Below, one piece after another: positions 26,218 to 32,000 of a stretch of DNA of 32,000 bases. Each line of letters opens with the position of its first letter. Position 1 is the first letter of the stretch. The position numbers were made by a program, and so were the translations under genes. Below the pieces are notes generated by a model. That model did no database searches. It saw only the letters and a program-made list of their open reading frames with translations, and was not told where the DNA came from. The stretch spans positions 570,001 through 602,000 of the forward strand of contig CAZKBG010000001.1 of the NCBI GenBank assembly GCA_964551375.1. The letters run 5' to 3'. This stretch comes from an uncultured archaeon (lineage in GTDB: Archaea; Iainarchaeota; Iainarchaeia; Iainarchaeales; JAAZKV01).

Positions 26218-27030
26218 ATGAAACAGGCGCATTTTGCCAAACTACTAGTGCTTTTTTTACTAAGCATAATGGTTGCAGGGGCATACTCTGCGACAATTGA
26301 TTATGCAATAACCACACATGCTATAAATGTGCAAATTGGAATTGAAAATAAGGATTCAAACGAAACGGCAAGAGACACGGTAATTGAAAAATACTATTTA
26401 TACTTTGCAACAGACGAGGATAAAGTTGCTTTTAGAGAAAAGAGCCTTGAACTTGGAACAAGCATTGAAGAATGGAAAAAATACAACCCAAGATTTGTGC
26501 CAAGCCTTGGAGAAAACACAATAAACAAAAAAATCGCGTACAATGAAGGGGAAGAAAACTTCCTTCAAATAAGCTACACCCTTCCAGACCAGCTGATGGC
26601 AAAAGGAAAGGAAGCATCAATGATGACAGAGTACACGCTGAAAGTAAATTACTTTAACGCATTTTACCAGTCAGGCATGTGGATAATACCTGAAGGAACA
26701 AGAATCACAATCGAGCTACCCCCTGGAGCTGAAGTAAGGGAAACAGTTGAACCGCAGGCTGATGTTATATCAAATGCCACAAGAAGAAATGTTGTGTGGA
26801 ACGGATACAAGAGCACAAATAAATTATTCTTAGCATATGTAATGTGGAAGCAAATAACTCCTGTTGTTGATTTTGGGTACTTCACAAACTTTTTGACAAA
26901 AACCGAAGCAGGATGGGCAATAATAATAGGAATGCTTGCGCTGCTTTTAGTGCTTGTGTGGAAAAGAAAATTAATCTCCTCAAGAATTGAAGGATTTGTT
27001 GAAAAGCACTCAATGATAAAAGAAGAATAA
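26218..27030 (+). CDS. Hypothetical secreted/surface protein with signal peptide and C-terminal TM anchor
   Basis: Signal peptide MKQAHFAKLLVLFLLSIMVAGAYSA. A ~200-aa beta-rich ectodomain is followed by a C-terminal TM helix (GWAIIIGMLALLLVLVW), KRK and a short tail. I recognise no family. Confidence 0.6.
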   Translation: MKQAHFAKLLVLFLLSIMVAGAYSATIDYAITTHAINVQIGIENKDSNETARDTVIEKYYLYFATDEDKVAFREKSLELGTSIEEWKKYNPRFVPSLGENTINKKIAYNEGEENFLQISYTLPDQLMAKGKEASMMTEYTLKVNYFNAFYQSGMWIIPEGTRITIELPPGAEVRETVEPQADVISNATRRNVVWNGYKSTNKLFLAYVMWKQITPVVDFGYFTNFLTKTEAGWAIIIGMLALLLVLVWKRKLISSRIEGFVEKHSMIKEE

Positions 27031-27081
27031 AATAAACCCTGCAAAAAAAGGATTTAGTAGAACTTTTTAGAAAAATTTTGG

Positions 27082-27396
27082 TTAAATTGAACAGCCTGAA
27101 TTTCTGTCCCTATATTCCTTATACGAAAGCCACTCAACCAAAAGAAACTTGTGCTTTAATCCAAAAGAAGAAAGCACGCTTTCAAAATCAACATGTGGGA
27201 GCCCCACCGCAGTAGCTCTTTGAGAGGCAAAATCAAGATGCGCCTGAAGAATTTCAGGATTTAATAAAAGCTTGTACTGCAAATACGCTGTTTCATCCTT
27301 ATCCTTTGTGGAAAAACTAAAAGAAACCAATTTAACTTCTTCAAACGGGGATTCTTTAGAAAACCCTCTCTTCTTTTTCTGAATTTTTTTAGCCAT
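27082..27396 (-). CDS. Hypothetical 104-aa protein, translationally coupled to the upstream radical SAM gene
   Basis: The ATG at 27396 lies 11 nt after the radical SAM stop codon (TGA, 27408-27410). The spacer reads GGTGAAATGCG, an SD-like GGTGA. Basic N-terminus (MAKKIQKKKRGF). I recognise no family. Confidence 0.55.
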   Translation of the reverse strand: MAKKIQKKKRGFSKESPFEEVKLVSFSFSTKDKDETAYLQYKLLLNPEILQAHLDFASQRATAVGLPHVDFESVLSSFGLKHKFLLVEWLSYKEYRDRNSGCSI

Positions 27397-27407
27397 CGCA
27401 TTTCACC

Positions 27408-29099
27408 TCATTTGAAAAAATTATTATCTTTATAAGCTTCCTTATACACTTTCTCGCCTGAAAGCTTCTTTGCATCCCTTTTGTACTTATACTTAATATC
27501 CTCGCTTGGATTTAACTTTGACCATTCTTCCCAAGTAAGCGAATACTGCCCCTGCACCTTATCTCTGTAAAGCTCAGGCAGAACATTAAATGCGCAAAAC
27601 GGAATAATTCTCCCGTCAGGCATTGCGTAGTGAATATCGCACCTTTCAACTCTTTGCTGGTCATAATTATACAAATCCATAAAGTGCATCATTCCGACGA
27701 ACAATGTTTTATGATGGAATTTGCCAAGAGCTGTATAATCGTGCAATACTAATGCGTCAAACAAAAGCTTTGCAAGATCAATGTTTTTTGGCATCTTCTT
27801 CTTGTCAAGACAGGAGTTAATTTCAAACAAAAGCTTTGCAATCTCCACATACTTTGCCTGAGACAATCCCATCTCTCTCCACTTTGCAATATTCTGCGAA
27901 TGCTTTCTTAAATAACCAAAGAAGCGCTCCACGTCAAAAAATTCAGGAAGAGGAATTACTTTATTATCATCATCAACAAACAAGTAAGTCGCTTCTCCGC
28001 ATGCGAAGTGAATATTCATCGTGTACTGCTCGTCATTAGTCATTGACTCAATGAATTCAGTAATTGATGAAACACAAGGCACGGGGAAAAAATCCTTCTG
28101 CTTAATTGCGCTCTTTGAAGTTTTCTCAATCAATTCAGTAGCCCTTGGGATGGTAATTCTTTCTTTTACCCTTAGAGACTTAGGCATTCTTCCAACAAAT
28201 GAAACAGGCTGGAAATTTACTCCTCTCACAACATCCAAATTATTCAAAGCAAAATTAATTATTGCGCCGACTTCGTGATCGTTAACTCCCTTGATTAAAG
28301 TCGGAACCAAAACTACCCCAATCCCAGCTTTTTTTAATTCAGCAAGGGCTCTTGGAACTTCATAATGATTTTTTGGATTAGTCTGGGCGGTTACTCCGTC
28401 AAAAGACATGTAAACTGTGGTAACTCCCGCATCGCGAAACTTTTTTGCTAAGCCAGGAGTGTGCGCAATATTTATTCCGTGAGTATTTAACTGAATATGA
28501 TCAAAGCCTCTTTTTTTTGCAAGCTTAATTATTTCAACAGCATCCTTTCTCAAAGTCGGTTCGCCCCCCGTGAACTGAATTGCATTAGGAGCTACTGGTT
28601 TTTGAGAGCGCAAATTAATCAGCATCTCGTCAATTTTTTCAAGCGAAGGCTCGTAAATCGGATCTCCTTCTTTAGCATAAAAGAAACAATACCAACAGCT
28701 TAAATCGCACCTGTTTGTAATCGCAATATTTGCGAGAGCAGTGTGATTGTGGTGATTTGTGCAAAGCCCGCAGTCAAAAGGACAATTTGAACCATTGTTC
28801 CCCGTAGTGCAGACGTTAAAACGGTCAATTCCCCTGCTTGGCTGGGCGAACTTTCTTGCCCTCTCAAACTCATGGGATGATTCCCAGTACATTTCATCAA
28901 ACACTCCGTGCTCGGGACATTTTCTTTTAATAAAAATCTTTGAACTCTTCTGATAAATTGTCGCTGTAAGGGATCTTTTGCATTCAGGACAAATGGATCT
29001 GGTTTTGTAAGGCATTTTTACGCCATAGTTAGGAAAAACTTTGCTTGAAATATGCTTCTTCTTTGCTTTTGGACTTTTGTTTGAAACTTTTTCAACCAT
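27408..29099 (-). CDS. Radical SAM protein, COG1964-type, resembling tetraether lipid synthase (Tes / GDGT-MAS)
   Basis: N-terminal Zn-ribbon/rubredoxin-like CPEC...(20 aa)...CPEHG. An auxiliary motif CPFDCGLCTNH precedes the radical SAM box NRCDLSCWYCF and FTGGEPTL. The conserved C-terminal region includes MHFMDLYNYDQQRVERCDIHYAMPDGRIIPFCAFN. ATG 29099 with an upstream GGTGG is preferred over GTG 29108. Confidence 0.6.
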   Translation of the reverse strand: MVEKVSNKSPKAKKKHISSKVFPNYGVKMPYKTRSICPECKRSLTATIYQKSSKIFIKRKCPEHGVFDEMYWESSHEFERARKFAQPSRGIDRFNVCTTGNNGSNCPFDCGLCTNHHNHTALANIAITNRCDLSCWYCFFYAKEGDPIYEPSLEKIDEMLINLRSQKPVAPNAIQFTGGEPTLRKDAVEIIKLAKKRGFDHIQLNTHGINIAHTPGLAKKFRDAGVTTVYMSFDGVTAQTNPKNHYEVPRALAELKKAGIGVVLVPTLIKGVNDHEVGAIINFALNNLDVVRGVNFQPVSFVGRMPKSLRVKERITIPRATELIEKTSKSAIKQKDFFPVPCVSSITEFIESMTNDEQYTMNIHFACGEATYLFVDDDNKVIPLPEFFDVERFFGYLRKHSQNIAKWREMGLSQAKYVEIAKLLFEINSCLDKKKMPKNIDLAKLLFDALVLHDYTALGKFHHKTLFVGMMHFMDLYNYDQQRVERCDIHYAMPDGRIIPFCAFNVLPELYRDKVQGQYSLTWEEWSKLNPSEDIKYKYKRDAKKLSGEKVYKEAYKDNNFFK

Positions 29100-29189
29100 G
29101 GGACCCACCGACCTTGTAGCAAAATTTTAAAACAATAATAATAAAAAGGGTATTCTTGAAGTGAAAACTATAAAAACACCCTAAATTAG

Positions 29190-30500
29190 TCATCCAAAAA
29201 GAGTGGACTGCTTGCCGTGAAGCTTTTCAAGAACAATTTCCTTCTCCATCTTCTTTGCTTCCTTCACAAGCTCCTCAATCTGCTTGTTATCGGATTTTTT
29301 ATTAAACAAAAATGCCAAATCATCCTCATCCAAATCAAAATACCAAGTAAGGCTTTTAGCATATTTTTCAGACTGAAGAATCATTGAAATAAAAGGAAGA
29401 TCCTTAACTGATTCTTTTCTTGAGCAATGCATTTTCTTGCTTATTTTTGCAGCAATTGACTTTCTCGCCTCTCTTTTTGAAGAAGATGAGGATAGAGAAG
29501 AGAGAATTGAAGGAAAAGCCATCGGAATAAACGAATGATAATCTTTTCTCCTTGCGAGAGTCACTCCAGCAGTTGAAAGGGGAATTGAGTATTTTAAAAA
29601 TCCCCAATGCTGGCGATTCATAATCCTGCCGTTGAAAACATCAGCTCGGCTCAAGGAATTAAACGCCACTCCAGCATCAATATTATCATACTGGCGCGGA
29701 ATATTCTCTTCCACCCACATAGAAACCATTTCATACCCAACATCAGTAGCATCCACAGCATCTTTTACTTCCTTAATTGATTTTCCTTTGAAAATTTTAG
29801 CCATCACTGGGAAAATCTTTTCTTTTCTTTCCCTAAATGAAAGCGCCTTAACATTCTGCATTGTGATATTCGGGGCAAGCGATTGAGTGTCTAAAAGAGC
29901 GCTTCGCATATCCCCTGCGCAATCCCTCGCAAGCTCTTTAACTGCCTCATCTTCAAATTTAATATTTTCAATTGCGCAAATTTCCCTCAAATGCTTTGCA
30001 ATGCTCAAATAATTAATTTTCTTAAACTCCAAAAGCTCGCACGCAGCCCTTACTCCTGAAAGAGATTTATCTGCATACACATCATTTGCAATCAAAATCA
30101 CCGGATTAGTGGAAGATTTTATTATTGAAAGAACAGCGCTCATCCCGCCCCTGTCTTTTGAAGACAAGCCGTCAATTTCATCAATCAAAACAAGGCGCTT
30201 TGTTCCAAAAAGAGAAGAATTTGCCGTTGCGGCTCCTGCAACATGCTCAATTGAAGCCTTATCCCTTAAATCGCTCGCATTCATTTCAAATAACTGCCAC
30301 TTAAACTCTTTCGCAATCAAATAAGCAAGCGCGGTTTTACCAATGCCAGGATTTCCATAAAAAAATATTGGCTTTTGCTTAACATCAGCCTGCCAACTTT
30401 CCGCCCAAGCCCTTGCCCTGTCAACAATTTCGACATTTCCAATAAATTCCTCAAAATTCTTAGGAAAATACTTATCTGTGAAAAGATCGGTTGAAATCAT
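29190..30500 (-). CDS. rfcL: Replication factor C large subunit
   Basis: DKYFPKNFEEFIGN, Walker A GNPGIGKTALAY, Walker B LVLIDEIDGL and an SRC-like region. The C-terminus KQSTLFG resembles a short PIP box (QxxLF). Confidence 0.85.
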   Translation of the reverse strand: MISTDLFTDKYFPKNFEEFIGNVEIVDRARAWAESWQADVKQKPIFFYGNPGIGKTALAYLIAKEFKWQLFEMNASDLRDKASIEHVAGAATANSSLFGTKRLVLIDEIDGLSSKDRGGMSAVLSIIKSSTNPVILIANDVYADKSLSGVRAACELLEFKKINYLSIAKHLREICAIENIKFEDEAVKELARDCAGDMRSALLDTQSLAPNITMQNVKALSFRERKEKIFPVMAKIFKGKSIKEVKDAVDATDVGYEMVSMWVEENIPRQYDNIDAGVAFNSLSRADVFNGRIMNRQHWGFLKYSIPLSTAGVTLARRKDYHSFIPMAFPSILSSLSSSSSKREARKSIAAKISKKMHCSRKESVKDLPFISMILQSEKYAKSLTWYFDLDEDDLAFLFNKKSDNKQIEELVKEAKKMEKEIVLEKLHGKQSTLFG

Positions 30501-30594
30501 AACAAAATCCTAACATATACTCCATGCGAAAGAATTAAAACAAAAACACCGCGCCTAAAAACATTGTTAAAATGAATCTAAAGAATTAATAATC

Positions 30595-31308
30595 ATGGGA
30601 GAAATATACCAGCGGGCAACAAACCCAAAACAATACGACTTAAACGACATCAATTGGACGCATGAAACCTCAGATTCGCCGCACAGAATGTTTTATTATG
30701 AATACCTGCAAAAATACAAAGACAAATGGAAAAATGCAAAAGTACTTGACATCGGCTCGGGACTCGGATGGCTGCTTTTAAAAGTCAGCGAAAACGGAGC
30801 TCAGCTTGTCGAAGGAATAGAGCCTTCAAAAAATAATTACTTAACCTCCAAAAAACAGCACCCTTCGCTTACGGTATATAATACAGATTTCGAAAACTTT
30901 GAAACAACAAAAAGATACAATATAATCACAGGAATTATGGTGTTCAACCATATCGCAGACATAAATAAAGCATTTGAAAAAGCATACTCGCTTCTTGAAG
31001 ACAGGGGAGAGCTTTGGATAATAATACACGAATTTTACTATGCTCAAACGCCAAGATTCGGATATGAAATTGAAAAAGAAAAAATCAATGAGGATGAATA
31101 CGCATTAAAAGTTGACAGAAAAAGCTGGAAAATAATAGCTGATGTTGTGAGAAAAGAAGAAGTATACATTAAAGCCGCTCAAAAAGCGGGGCTTAAACTT
31201 ATTGAAACAACGCCAATCACTCCTACTCCTGAGCTGATTAAGAAAATACCGCAATATGCGATTCTTAAAAATACTCCCACAAACAGATTACTGCGCTTCC
31301 AAAAGTAA
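30595..31308 (+). CDS. Class I SAM-dependent methyltransferase
   Basis: Motif I VLDIGSGLGWLL, an acidic post-I residue (VEGIEPS) and a Methyltransf_11/23-like length. The substrate is unknown. Confidence 0.7.
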   Translation: MGEIYQRATNPKQYDLNDINWTHETSDSPHRMFYYEYLQKYKDKWKNAKVLDIGSGLGWLLLKVSENGAQLVEGIEPSKNNYLTSKKQHPSLTVYNTDFENFETTKRYNIITGIMVFNHIADINKAFEKAYSLLEDRGELWIIIHEFYYAQTPRFGYEIEKEKINEDEYALKVDRKSWKIIADVVRKEEVYIKAAQKAGLKLIETTPITPTPELIKKIPQYAILKNTPTNRLLRFQK

Positions 31309-31351
31309 GTTGCAACAGAGTTTAAAAAACCACTCAAACAGGAAATAATTC

Positions 31352-32000
31352 ATGCAAATAGGAATAGTTGGAAAGCCAAGCTCTGGAAAATCAACCTTTT
31401 TCAGCTCTGCAACACTAGTTGATGTTGCAATTGCGAGCTACCCTTTTACCACAATAGAGCCAAACAAAGGAATTGGATTTGTTAGAGTGGAAGACGCAGG
31501 AAAATTCTTTGGCGTAACAAGCAACCCAAAACACGGCTTTTTAGTGCAGGACCCAGTAAAAGGGCCTATTAGATACGTGCCAGTTGAGCTAATTGATGTG
31601 GCAGGACTTGTTCCCGGCGCAAACGAAGGAAAGGGACTGGGAAACAAGTTTTTGAATGACTTATCACAGGCAGATGCATTAATTCATGTGGTTGACGCAA
31701 GCGGAAGCACGGATTCGGAAGGAAAAGAAGTTCCTGAAGGGAGCCATGACCCAATTATTGATGTGAAATTCCTTGAAGAAGAACTTGAACTATGGTTTTT
31801 AAAAATTATTGAAAACAACTGGACAAAATCTGGAAGAAGCCCTGAAAAAGACTTTGGGAAAAAAGTAACACTAATCGCGCAAATGCTTGCTGGAGTTAAA
31901 ATTCTTCCATGGCATATAGAAAAAGCAATGAGGGAAATGAAAATTGATGAAAAACTGCTTAATGAATGGACAAGCGAGGACAAACGAATTTTTGCGCACA
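31352..32000 (+). CDS. ychF: YchF/OLA1-like P-loop ATPase/GTPase (Obg family), 3'-truncated by the window edge
   Basis: Hand translation gives MQIGIVGKPSSGKSTFFSSAT...YPFTTIEPNKGIGFVRV...ELIDVAGLVPGANEGKGLGNKFLNDLSQADALIHVVDAS. It is open to the window end. It is absent from the ORF track because it has no stop. Confidence 0.8.
   Translation, partial: MQIGIVGKPSSGKSTFFSSATLVDVAIASYPFTTIEPNKGIGFVRVEDAGKFFGVTSNPKHGFLVQDPVKGPIRYVPVELIDVAGLVPGANEGKGLGNKFLNDLSQADALIHVVDASGSTDSEGKEVPEGSHDPIIDVKFLEEELELWFLKIIENNWTKSGRSPEKDFGKKVTLIAQMLAGVKILPWHIEKAMREMKIDEKLLNEWTSEDKRIFAH

Noticed and set aside
1-32000. Search for CRISPR repeats, tRNA/rRNA genes, C/D-box sRNAs, integrases/transposases, terminal inverted repeats and defence-system genes
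   Set aside because: I found no regularly spaced repeats, no GC-rich cloverleaf-like spacers, no RUGAUGA...CUGA pairs in spacers, and no recombinase-like ORFs. The SPFH and Lon genes look like the housekeeping versions (LonB with a TM insert, and a stand-alone SPFH) rather than defence-island components. A by-eye scan cannot exclude short or degenerate elements.

Overview
AT-rich (about 35-40% GC by eye), densely coded archaeal chromosomal segment with about 36 protein genes. I recognised no rRNA, tRNA, CRISPR array, integrase/transposase or other mobile element. All calls rest on remembered family motifs read from the supplied translations; no searches were run. Most genes are archaeal information-processing and housekeeping functions. 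A co-directional minus-strand block (6236-14942) encodes a SpoIIM/DUF95-like membrane protein, signal peptidase I, a membrane protein, two divergent tandem PCNA paralogues, PriL, PriS, a GINS subunit, aIF2-alpha and a PAC2 proteasome chaperone. Elsewhere there are a Methanococcales-type S-layer protein, Csl4 and RpoL(Rpo11), an SPFH protein, DUF373, membrane-bound LonB, RNase Z, Fe/Mn SOD, PyrB-PyrI, RFC large subunit, a SAM methyltransferase and a partial YchF-like ATPase. The short proteins, low GC and several orphan membrane or surface proteins suggest a small-genome (DPANN-like) archaeon, but lineage cannot be established from this window. I see no clear-cut novel multi-gene system. The best leads are: (1) a 563-aa radical SAM protein resembling the tetraether lipid synthase (Tes/GDGT-MAS, COG1964-type) family, translationally coupled to an unrecognised 104-aa ORF; (2) a GINS-PriS-PriL-PCNA-PCNA cluster in which PriL, PriS and the nearby family-4-like UDG lack the canonical Cys metal ligands; (3) a membrane-anchored coiled-coil protein with a transglutaminase-like Cys-His core near the S-layer gene; (4) Csl4 with a eukaryote-like RGG tail; (5) an MBL-fold homologue with nearly all metal ligands substituted.
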